6,990 bases of DNA, from the IMG/VR virus record IMGVR_UViG_2744054964_000003, one strand, 5' to 3'. The DNA is from a virus. Taxonomy: Duplodnaviria > Heunggongvirae > Uroviricota > Caudoviricetes. The position numbers and the translations under genes were made by a program. Below are positions 1-6,771 of this stretch, piece by piece (position 1 is the first letter of the stretch; every line of letters begins with the position of its first letter). The notes beneath the pieces were generated by a model. That model was not told the DNA's origin. It was given only the letters and a program-made list of their open reading frames with translations, and did no database searches.

Positions 1-111
1 CAGCCAGAAAACACCCGACTTAACGCTGTGCTGGATTATATTGACGCGGTGACGGCAACAGATACCAGCACAGCGCCGGATGTTATCTGGCCTGAACTGC
101 CGGAGGCGTAG
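1..111 (+). CDS. Tail fiber assembly protein, C-terminal fragment (5' end lies outside the window)
   Basis: Frame 1 is open from position 1 to TAG at 109-111 and translates to QPENTRLNAVLDYIDAVTATDTSTAPDVIWPELPEA. The ...DTSTAPD..WP..P... ending closely resembles the lambda Tfa C-terminus as I recall it (...VDTSTAPDIEWPAVPVME), and the position directly upstream of FI is where P2 has gene G. Confidence 0.7.
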   Translation, partial: QPENTRLNAVLDYIDAVTATDTSTAPDVIWPELPEA

Positions 112-120
112 GCCATTCAA

Positions 121-165
121 TATCTGGAGCACTGGAAATTTCGACAAGTTCCAGTGCTCCAGATA
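121..165. repeat. Perfect 17-bp inverted repeat (arms 121-137 and 149-165, 11-nt spacer); putative RNA stem-loop or protein-binding palindrome
   Basis: TATCTGGAGCACTGGAA at 121-137 is the exact reverse complement of TTCCAGTGCTCCAGATA at 149-165. It lies 10 nt after the upstream stop codon. No U-tract follows on either strand, so it is not a canonical intrinsic terminator. Confidence 0.8.
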
Positions 166-296
166 ATCGACTGTGTGGGAACAGGCAGGACGATTGCTGG
201 CTGCGAGGGAATCACGTCAACGTGTGGCGCTGATTTTTGATATTGACCTGTCCACGCTCTATAAAAAATTCGCCTCATCAGCGACAAAGAATAAAT

Positions 297-355
297 TGTG
301 CCATCCCTCAGCCAACCGGGACAAATAGCCTGACATCTCCGGCACACATGAAAAT
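297..355 (+). promoter_or_regulatory. Candidate Ogr-dependent late promoter for the FI operon (imperfect activator dyad plus weak -10)
   Basis: P2 late promoters carry a TGT-N12-ACA dyad centred near -55. The only near match upstream of FI is TGT(297-299)-N12-CCA(312-314), one mismatch. A weak -10-like GAAAAT at 350-355 is spaced consistently with it. Assignment is tentative. Confidence 0.25.
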
Positions 356-387
356 ACCACTCACCCATTAACCACGGAGTTAAACGG

Positions 388-1578
388 ATGAGTGACTATC
401 ATCACGGCGTGCAGGTGCTGGAGATTAACGACGGCACCCGCGTCATTTCCACCGTATCCACTGCCATTGTCGGCATGGTCTGCACGGCCAGCGATGCGGA
501 TGCGGAAACCTTCCCCCTCAATAAACCGGTGCTGATTACCAATGTGCAAAGCGCAATTGCAAAGGCCGGTAAAAAAGGCACGCTGGCGGCGTCGTTGCAG
601 GCTATCGCTGACCAGTCAAAACCGGTCACCGTTGTTGTGCGTGTGGAAGACGGCAGCGGCGACGACGAGGAAACGAAACTCGCGCAGACCGTTTCCAATA
701 TCATCGGCACCACCGACGAAAACGGTCAGTACACCGGACTGAAAGCCCTGCTGGCGGCGGAGTCGGTAACCGGTGTTAAACCGCGTATTCTCGGCGTGCC
801 GGGACTGGACACCAAAGAGGTGGCAGTTGCACTGGCATCAGTTTGTCAGAAGCTGCGTGCTTTCGGGTATATCAGCGCATGGGGCTGTAAAACCATTTCC
901 GAGGTGAAAGCCTATCGCCAGAATTTCAGCCAGCGTGAGCTGATGGTCATCTGGCCGGATTTCCTCGCATGGGATACGGTCACCAGTACCACCGCCACCG
1001 CGTATGCTACCGCCCGTGCGCTGGGTCTGCGTGCCAAAATCGACCAGGAGCAGGGCTGGCATAAAACGCTGTCCAACGTTGGGGTGAACGGTGTTACCGG
1101 CATCAGCGCATCTGTATTCTGGGATTTGCAGGAGTCCGGCACCGATGCTGACCTGCTTAACGAGTCAGGCGTCACAACACTGATTCGCCGTGACGGTTTC
1201 CGCTTCTGGGGTAACCGTACCTGCTCTGATGACCCGCTGTTCCTCTTTGAAAACTACACCCGCACCGCACAGGTACTGGCCGACACGATGGCTGAGGCAC
1301 ACATGTGGGCGGTGGACAAGCCCATCACCGCAACGCTGATTCGTGACATCGTTGACGGCATCAATGCCAAATTCCGTGAGCTGAAAACAAACGGCTATAT
1401 CGTGGATGCGACCTGCTGGTTTAGCGAAGAATCCAACGATGCGGAAACCCTCAAGGCCGGAAAACTGTATATCGACTACGACTATACACCGGTGCCCCCT
1501 CTCGAAAACCTGACCCTGCGCCAGCGCATTACCGATAAATACCTGGCAAATCTGGTCACCTCGGTTAACAGCAATTAA
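388..1578 (+). CDS. FI: Contractile tail sheath protein (P2 gpFI)
   Basis: 396-aa ORF with ATG start and GGAG Shine-Dalgarno at 376-379. Length and N-terminus (MSDYHHGVQVLEINDGTR...) match P2 FI as I recall it; position is immediately upstream of the tube gene. Confidence 0.93.
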   Translation: MSDYHHGVQVLEINDGTRVISTVSTAIVGMVCTASDADAETFPLNKPVLITNVQSAIAKAGKKGTLAASLQAIADQSKPVTVVVRVEDGSGDDEETKLAQTVSNIIGTTDENGQYTGLKALLAAESVTGVKPRILGVPGLDTKEVAVALASVCQKLRAFGYISAWGCKTISEVKAYRQNFSQRELMVIWPDFLAWDTVTSTTATAYATARALGLRAKIDQEQGWHKTLSNVGVNGVTGISASVFWDLQESGTDADLLNESGVTTLIRRDGFRFWGNRTCSDDPLFLFENYTRTAQVLADTMAEAHMWAVDKPITATLIRDIVDGINAKFRELKTNGYIVDATCWFSEESNDAETLKAGKLYIDYDYTPVPPLENLTLRQRITDKYLANLVTSVNSN

Positions 1579-1590
1579 GGAGCCTGACCG

Positions 1591-2109
1591 ATGGCAATGC
1601 CGCGCAAACTCAAGTTAATGAACGTCTTTCTGAACGGCTACAGCTATCAGGGCGTTGCAAAGTCCGTCACGCTGCCAAAACTGACCCGTAAGCTCGAAAA
1701 CTATCGCGGTGCGGGGATGAACGGCAGCGCACCGGTAGACCTCGGCCTTGATGACGATGCGCTGTCAATGGAGTGGTCGCTCGGGGGCTTCCCGGATTCG
1801 GTTATCTGGGAGCTTTACGCCGCAACCGGCGTGGATGCCGTGCCGATTCGTTTTGCAGGCTCTTACCAGCGCGACGATACCGGCGAAACGGTGGCCGTCG
1901 AAGTGGTCATGCGTGGACGTCAGAAAGAAATCGACACCGGCGAGGGTAAACAGGGAGAAGACACCGAGTCGAAAATCTCCGTGGTCTGCACCTATTTCCG
2001 GCTGACGATGGACGGTAAGGAGCTGGTCGAAATCGACACCATCAACATGATTGAGAAGGTGAACGGCGTCGACCGTCTGGAGCAACACCGCCGCAATATC
2101 GGCCTGTGA
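1591..2109 (+). CDS. FII: Tail tube protein (P2 gpFII)
   Basis: 172-aa ORF. AAGGAG Shine-Dalgarno at 1577-1582 overlaps the FI stop codon and sits 8 nt before the ATG. Size and position match the myophage tube protein downstream of the sheath gene. Confidence 0.93.
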   Translation: MAMPRKLKLMNVFLNGYSYQGVAKSVTLPKLTRKLENYRGAGMNGSAPVDLGLDDDALSMEWSLGGFPDSVIWELYAATGVDAVPIRFAGSYQRDDTGETVAVEVVMRGRQKEIDTGEGKQGEDTESKISVVCTYFRLTMDGKELVEIDTINMIEKVNGVDRLEQHRRNIGL

Positions 2110-2116
2110 TTTTCAT

Positions 2117-2137
2117 CCGGTCAGCCGGGCTGACCGG
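2117..2137 (+). promoter_or_regulatory. GC-rich hairpin (9-bp stem CCGGTCAGC/GCTGACCGG, 3-nt loop) between FII and E; putative attenuator or mRNA processing structure
   Basis: Perfect inverted repeat at 2117-2125 and 2129-2137, starting 8 nt after the FII stop. No clear U-tract follows, so at most a partial terminator or RNA-stability element. Confidence 0.4.
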
Positions 2138-2165
2138 TTAACCCTGATTAAGAAGTGAGAAAACC

Positions 2166-2441
2166 ATGAACAAAGAAAATGTGATTACCCTGGACAATCC
2201 GGTCAAGCGTGGTGAGCAGGTTATCGAACAGGTCACGCTGATGAAACCCAGTGCGGGGACGCTGCGCGGTGTCAGTCTGGCAGCGGTCGCGAACTCCGAA
2301 GTCGATGCACTGATTAAGGTGCTGCCGCGCATGACGGCACCGATGCTGACCGAGCAGGAAGTCGCCGCGCTGGAACTGCCTGACCTTGTGGCGCTGGCCG
2401 GTAAGGTGGTCGGTTTTTTGTCGCCGAACTCGGTGCAGTGA
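2166..2441 (+). CDS. E: Tail assembly chaperone (P2 gpE), zero-frame product
   Basis: 91-aa ORF with ATG start, located between the tube and tape measure genes; contains a T_TTT_TTG slippery heptamer near its 3' end. Confidence 0.9.
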   Translation: MNKENVITLDNPVKRGEQVIEQVTLMKPSAGTLRGVSLAAVANSEVDALIKVLPRMTAPMLTEQEVAALELPDLVALAGKVVGFLSPNSVQ

Positions 2442-2593
2442 CGTTTCCAAAAAATCTCTCGGTCGATGACCTGATGGCGGATGTGGCAGTGATATTTCAC
2501 TGGCCGCCATCAGAACTGTATCCCATGAGCCTGACCGAACTCATCACATGGCGCGAAAAGGCGCTCCGGCGAAGCGGAAACACGAATGAGTAA
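2166..2593 (+). CDS. E+E': Tail assembly chaperone frameshift fusion (P2 gpE+E'); -1 frameshift at 2414-2420
   Basis: 85 codons in the E frame plus 57 codons in the -1 frame (VAELGAVTFPKNLSVDDLMADVAVIFHWPPSELYPMSLTELITWREKALRRSGNTNE) give 142 aa, the size of P2 E+E' as I recall it. The arrangement parallels lambda G/GT. Its stop overlaps the T start. Confidence 0.8.
2414..2420 (+). other. Programmed -1 ribosomal frameshift slippery heptamer T_TTT_TTG
   Basis: Heptamer is in X_XXY_YYZ register relative to the E frame (codons GGT 2412-2414, TTT 2415-2417, TTG 2418-2420). The -1 frame is open from 2420 to TAA at 2591-2593. Confidence 0.8.
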
Positions 2594-5033
2594 CAATGTA
2601 AAATTACAGGTATTGCTCAGGGCTGTTGACCAGGCATCCCGCCCGTTTAAATCCATCCGCACAGCGAGTAAGTCGCTGTCGGGGGATATCCGGGAAACAC
2701 AAAAATCACTGCGCGAGCTGAACGGTCACGCATCCCGTATTGAGGGATTCCGCAAGACCAGTGCACAGCTCGCTGTGACTGGTCATGCACTTGAAAAGGC
2801 TCGGCAGGAAGCCGAAGCCCTTGCCACACAGTTTAAAAATACCGAACGTCCGACCCGTGCTCAGGCGAAAGTGCTGGAATCCGCAAAGCGTGCGGCGGAG
2901 GACTTACAGGCGAAATATAACCGCCTGACGGATTCCGTTAAACGCCAGCAGCGGGAACTGGCCACTGTGGGAATTAATACCCGCAACCTTGCACATGATG
3001 AGCAGGGACTGAAAAACCGTATCAGTGAAACCACCGCACAACTTAACCGTCAGCGTGACGCGCTGGCGCGTGTCAGTGCGCAACAGGCAAAACTTAACGC
3101 AGTAAAACAGCGTTATCAGGCCGGAAAGGAACTGGCCGGAAATATGGCCTCGGTGGGCGCTGCCGGTGTGGGGATTGCGGCGGCGGGAACGATGGCCGGA
3201 GTTAAGTTGCTGATGCCCGGTTATGAGTTTGCGCAGAAAAACTCAGAATTGCAGGCCGTGCTCGGAGTGGCAAAAGACTCCGCCGAAATGGCCGCACTCC
3301 GCAGGCAGGCGCGCCAGCTCGGTGACAATACTGCCGCCTCGGCGGATGATGCAGCCGGTGCACAGATTATCATTGCGAAAGCCGGTGGAGATGCTGCGGC
3401 TATTCAGGCGGCAACGCCGGTCACGCTGAATATGGCACTGGCGAATCAGCGGTCGATGGAAGAAAACGCGCAACTGTTGCTGGGGACTAAGGCATCCTTT
3501 CAACTGTCAAATGATGATGTCAGTCATGTGGGCGACGTGTTGTCGGCAACGATGAATAAGTCGGCGGCTGATTTTCAGGGACTCAGTGATGCACTGACTT
3601 ATCTCGGCCCGGTTGCGAAGACGGCAGGTGTAAGTCTTGAGCAGGCAGCAGCCATGACAGGTGTGCTGCATGACAATAACATCAGGGGGTCAATGGCGGG
3701 TACGGGTAGCAGTGCCGTTGTCACCCGATTACAGGCTCCGACAGGGAAAGCATGGGATGCACTCAAAGAGCTTGGCGTTAAAACCTCGGACAAAAAGGGA
3801 AATATGCGCCCGTTGTTCACCATTCTGAAAGAGATTCAGGCCAGCTTTGATAAACACAAGCTGGGAACGTCTCAGAAGGGGGAATACCTTAAAACCATTT
3901 TTGGTGAGGAAGCCCTGAAATCAGCGAACGTTTTACTGGCAGCGGCAGCAAGCGGAAAACTGGATACGCTGACCGCCACGCTGAAAGCCTCGGACGGTAA
4001 AACGGAAGAGCTGGTTAAAATCATGCAGGATAACCTCGGCGGTGACTTTAAGGAGTTTCAGTCCGCTTATGAGGCGGTGGGGACTGACCTGTTTGACCAG
4101 CAGGAAGGCGCACTGCGTAAGCTCACACAGACGGCCACAAAGTATGTGTTAAAACTCGACGGCTGGATCCAGAAAAACAAATCACTGGCGTCAACCATCG
4201 GCCTCATTGTCGGTGGCGCGCTGGCGCTGATTGGCATCATCGGTGCAATTGGTCTTGTAGCCTGGCCGGTTATCACCGGCATCAATGCCATTATCGCGGC
4301 AGCAGGCGCAATGGGGGCAATCTTCACGACGGTTGGCAGTGCTGTTATGACGGCCATCGGGGCGATTAGCTGGCCGGTTGTGGCCGTGGTGGCCGCCATT
4401 GTCGCCGGGGCGTTGCTTATCCGTAAATACTGGGAGCCTGTCAGCGCATTCTTTGGCGGTGTGGTGGAAGGGCTGAAAGCGGCATTTGCGCCGGTGGGGG
4501 AACTGTTCACGCCACTTAAACCGGTGTTTGACTGGCTGGGTGAAAAGTTACAGGCCGCGTGGCAGTGGTTTAAAAACCTGATTGCCCCGGTCAAAGCCAC
4601 CCAGGACACCCTGAACCGTTGCCGTGACACGGGCGTCATGTTCGGGCAGGCACTGGCTGACGCGCTGATGCTGCCGCTTAATGCGTTCAACAAACTGCGC
4701 AGTGGTATTGACTGGGTACTGGAAAAACTCGGTGTTATCAACAAAGAGTCAGACACACTTGACCAGACCGCCGCCAGAACTCAAGCCGCCACGTATGGCA
4801 GCGGTGGTTATATTCCGGCGACCAGCTCTTATGCAGGTTATCAGGCTTATCAGCCGGTCACGGCACCGGCTGGCCGCTCTTATGTAGACCAGAGTAAAAA
4901 CGAATATCACATCAGCCTGACGGGTGGTACTGCGCCGGGGACACAGCTCGACCGCCAGTTACAGGATGCGCTCGAAAAATACGAGCGGGATAAACGTGCG
5001 CGCGCCCGTGCCAGCATGATGCATGACGGTTAA
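2586..5033 (+). CDS. T: Tail tape measure protein (P2 gpT)
   Basis: 815-aa ORF directly after the chaperone pair. N-terminal region is rich in Q/R/A/L/E (coiled-coil-like); a long Gly/Ala/Ile-rich hydrophobic segment lies at about 4185-4423; both are typical of tape measure proteins. Confidence 0.93.
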   Translation: MSNNVKLQVLLRAVDQASRPFKSIRTASKSLSGDIRETQKSLRELNGHASRIEGFRKTSAQLAVTGHALEKARQEAEALATQFKNTERPTRAQAKVLESAKRAAEDLQAKYNRLTDSVKRQQRELATVGINTRNLAHDEQGLKNRISETTAQLNRQRDALARVSAQQAKLNAVKQRYQAGKELAGNMASVGAAGVGIAAAGTMAGVKLLMPGYEFAQKNSELQAVLGVAKDSAEMAALRRQARQLGDNTAASADDAAGAQIIIAKAGGDAAAIQAATPVTLNMALANQRSMEENAQLLLGTKASFQLSNDDVSHVGDVLSATMNKSAADFQGLSDALTYLGPVAKTAGVSLEQAAAMTGVLHDNNIRGSMAGTGSSAVVTRLQAPTGKAWDALKELGVKTSDKKGNMRPLFTILKEIQASFDKHKLGTSQKGEYLKTIFGEEALKSANVLLAAAASGKLDTLTATLKASDGKTEELVKIMQDNLGGDFKEFQSAYEAVGTDLFDQQEGALRKLTQTATKYVLKLDGWIQKNKSLASTIGLIVGGALALIGIIGAIGLVAWPVITGINAIIAAAGAMGAIFTTVGSAVMTAIGAISWPVVAVVAAIVAGALLIRKYWEPVSAFFGGVVEGLKAAFAPVGELFTPLKPVFDWLGEKLQAAWQWFKNLIAPVKATQDTLNRCRDTGVMFGQALADALMLPLNAFNKLRSGIDWVLEKLGVINKESDTLDQTAARTQAATYGSGGYIPATSSYAGYQAYQPVTAPAGRSYVDQSKNEYHISLTGGTAPGTQLDRQLQDALEKYERDKRARARASMMHDG

Positions 5034-5047
5034 GGAGGTGACGAAAA

Positions 5048-5527
5048 ATGATGCTCGCGTTAGGTATGTTTGTTTTTATGCGCCAGACGCTGCCACACCA
5101 GACCATGCAGCATGAATCAGATTATCGCTGGCCGTCAAATTCCCGTATCGGTAAACGGGACGCTTTTCAGTTTCTCGGTGTGGGTGAGGAAAACATCACG
5201 CTTGCCGGTGTGCTTTATCCAGAGCTGACCGGCGGCAAGCTGACGATGACCACGCTCAGGCTGATGGCTGAGGAAGGCCGGGCGTGGCCGTTGCTGGATG
5301 GCACCGGCATGATTTACGGCATGTATGTCATCAGCAGGGTGAGTGAAACAGGGAGTATTTTCTTTGCAGACGGCACACCCCGGAAAATTGATTTTACGCT
5401 GTCGCTCACCCGCGTTGATGAATCACTGGCCGCGCTTTATGGCGATATCGGTAAACAGGCGGAATCGCTCATCGGTAAGGCTGGCAGTATGGCGACTAAA
5501 TTCACGGATATGACGGGGGCGGGATAA
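5048..5527 (+). CDS. U: Tail protein gpU (P2 GpU family)
   Basis: 159-aa ORF. Strong AGGAGG Shine-Dalgarno at 5033-5038 immediately after the T stop. Size and position match P2 U. Confidence 0.88.
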   Translation: MMLALGMFVFMRQTLPHQTMQHESDYRWPSNSRIGKRDAFQFLGVGEENITLAGVLYPELTGGKLTMTTLRLMAEEGRAWPLLDGTGMIYGMYVISRVSETGSIFFADGTPRKIDFTLSLTRVDESLAALYGDIGKQAESLIGKAGSMATKFTDMTGAG

Positions 5528-6690
5528 TGCTGGATGCACTGACATTTGATGCAGGCAGTACGCTGACGCCGGATTACATGCTGATGCTCGACAGCAGGGA
5601 TATTACCGGCAATATCAGCGACCGTCTGATGAGTATGACCCTGACGGATAACCGGGGCTTTGAGGCTGACCAGCTTGATATTGAACTGAACGATGCCGAC
5701 GGGCAGGTCGGGCTGCCGGTTCGTGGCGCTGTCCTGACGGTGTATATCGGCTGGAAAGGTTTTGCCCTGGTATGCAAAGGGAAATTTACCGTTGATGAGG
5801 TTGAACACCGGGGCGCACCGGATGTGGTCACCATCCGCGCCCGGAGTGCAGATTTTCGCGGGACGCTCAATTCCCGCCGTGAAGGCTCCTGGCATGACAC
5901 CACGCTCGGTGCGATTGTTGAGGCAATAGCCTCCCGTAACAAGCTGGAAGCCAGTGTCGCTCCGCCACTGGCCGGAATTAAAATCCCGCACATCGACCAG
6001 TCGCAGGAGTCCGATGCGAAATTCCTGACCCGTCTTGCTGAACGCAACGGCGGTGAGGTGTCGGTAAAAATGGGAAAACTGTTGTTTCTCAAAGCGGGGC
6101 AGGGGGTGACGGCCAGCGGTAAGAAAATCCCGCAGATTACCATCACCCGCAGCGACGGCGACCGTCATCATTTTGCGATTGCTGACCGTGGAGCCTACAC
6201 CGGCGTAACGGCAAAGTGGTTACACACCAAAGACCCGAAACCACAAAAGCAGAAGGTAAAACTGAAACGCAAAAAGAAAGAAAAACACCTGCGCGCACTG
6301 GAGCACCCGAAAGCAAAACCGGTCACGCAGAAGAAAGCGCCAAAAGTACCGGAAGCGCGCGAAGGTGAATACATGGCCGGTGAAGCTGACAACGTTTTTG
6401 CCCTGACTACGGTATATGCCACAAAAGCGCAGGCCATGCGCGCCGCTCAGGCAAAGTGGGATAAGCTGCAACGGGGCGTTGCGGAGTTCTCCATCAGTCT
6501 GGCTACTGGTCGGGCAGATATTTACACGGAAACGCCGGTCAAAGTGTCAGGCTTTAAGCGCGTCATAGACGAGCAGGACTGGACAATCACTAAGGTGACA
6601 CATTTTCTGAATAATAGCGGTTTCACGACGTCCTTAGAGCTTGAGGTCAGGCTTTCTGATGTGGAGTACGAAACAGAAGATGATGAGTGA
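5527..6690 (+). CDS. D: Tail/baseplate hub protein gpD (P2 late control gene D family)
   Basis: 387-aa ORF whose ATG (5527-5529) overlaps the U stop TAA (5525-5527). Size and position after U match P2 D; contains an internal lysine-rich linker. Confidence 0.9.
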   Translation: MLDALTFDAGSTLTPDYMLMLDSRDITGNISDRLMSMTLTDNRGFEADQLDIELNDADGQVGLPVRGAVLTVYIGWKGFALVCKGKFTVDEVEHRGAPDVVTIRARSADFRGTLNSRREGSWHDTTLGAIVEAIASRNKLEASVAPPLAGIKIPHIDQSQESDAKFLTRLAERNGGEVSVKMGKLLFLKAGQGVTASGKKIPQITITRSDGDRHHFAIADRGAYTGVTAKWLHTKDPKPQKQKVKLKRKKKEKHLRALEHPKAKPVTQKKAPKVPEAREGEYMAGEADNVFALTTVYATKAQAMRAAQAKWDKLQRGVAEFSISLATGRADIYTETPVKVSGFKRVIDEQDWTITKVTHFLNNSGFTTSLELEVRLSDVEYETEDDE

Positions 6691-6708
6691 TGTTTTTATT
6701 TTATCTGT

Positions 6709-6737
6709 TTGTTTTATAAGGATAAATTAACTAAAAT
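6709..6737 (+). promoter_or_regulatory. Candidate sigma70-type promoter for ogr (-35 TTGTTT 6709-6714, 17-nt spacer, -10 TAAAAT 6732-6737)
   Basis: AT-rich 81-bp intergenic region between D and ogr; hexamers found by eye with consensus-like spacing. Not verified. Confidence 0.3.
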
Positions 6738-6771
6738 GGCACCATCAACAAAACCGGAAGAGGTGCTCGCG

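Noticed and set aside
243-271. Sigma70-like promoter TTGACC (243-248) with TATAAA (260-265)
   Set aside because: Spacer between the hexamers is only 11 nt, far from the 16-18 nt optimum, and no better-spaced -10 partner exists, so it is unlikely to be functional as drawn.
117-368. 83-aa minus-strand ORF (MGEWYFHVCRRCQAICPG...) in the intergenic region, considered as a possible Z/fun-like cargo gene
   Set aside because: No Shine-Dalgarno upstream of its ATG (upstream minus-strand sequence GTTTAACTCCGTGG), Cys/Trp/Arg-rich composition atypical of a real protein, and it runs antisense through the 17-bp palindrome and the putative FI promoter. I recognise no family. Expression data or conservation in related phages would change this call.
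542-4887. Plus-strand alternative-frame ORFs inside FI, FII and T (542-742, 1748-2005, 3223-3429, 4681-4887)
   Set aside because: Out-of-frame overlaps with high-confidence genes; Arg/Ser/Pro-rich translations; no independent start signals.
402-6471. Multiple minus-strand ORFs of 60 to 244 aa lying antisense within FI, FII, E, T and D (for example 402-713, 912-1175, 2138-2510, 4067-4756, 5437-6171, 5574-6146, 6195-6471)
   Set aside because: All are fully embedded antisense to strongly supported structural genes, have Ala/Pro/Ser/Arg-rich or Phe-rich low-complexity translations typical of shadow ORFs in GC-rich coding DNA, and lack convincing ribosome-binding sites.
6691-6715. T-rich run after the D stop as a rho-independent terminator for the FI operon
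   Set aside because: No GC-rich hairpin precedes the T-run, so it does not meet intrinsic terminator criteria; more likely part of the AT-rich ogr promoter region.
6709-6771. N-terminal extension of ogr in the ORF track (93 aa starting at 6709)
   Set aside because: The track ORF begins at a TTG codon inside the AT-rich promoter-like region. The in-frame ATG at 6772 has a proper Shine-Dalgarno (GAGGTG 6760-6765) and yields the 72-aa protein matching Ogr, so the extension is an ORF-calling artefact.
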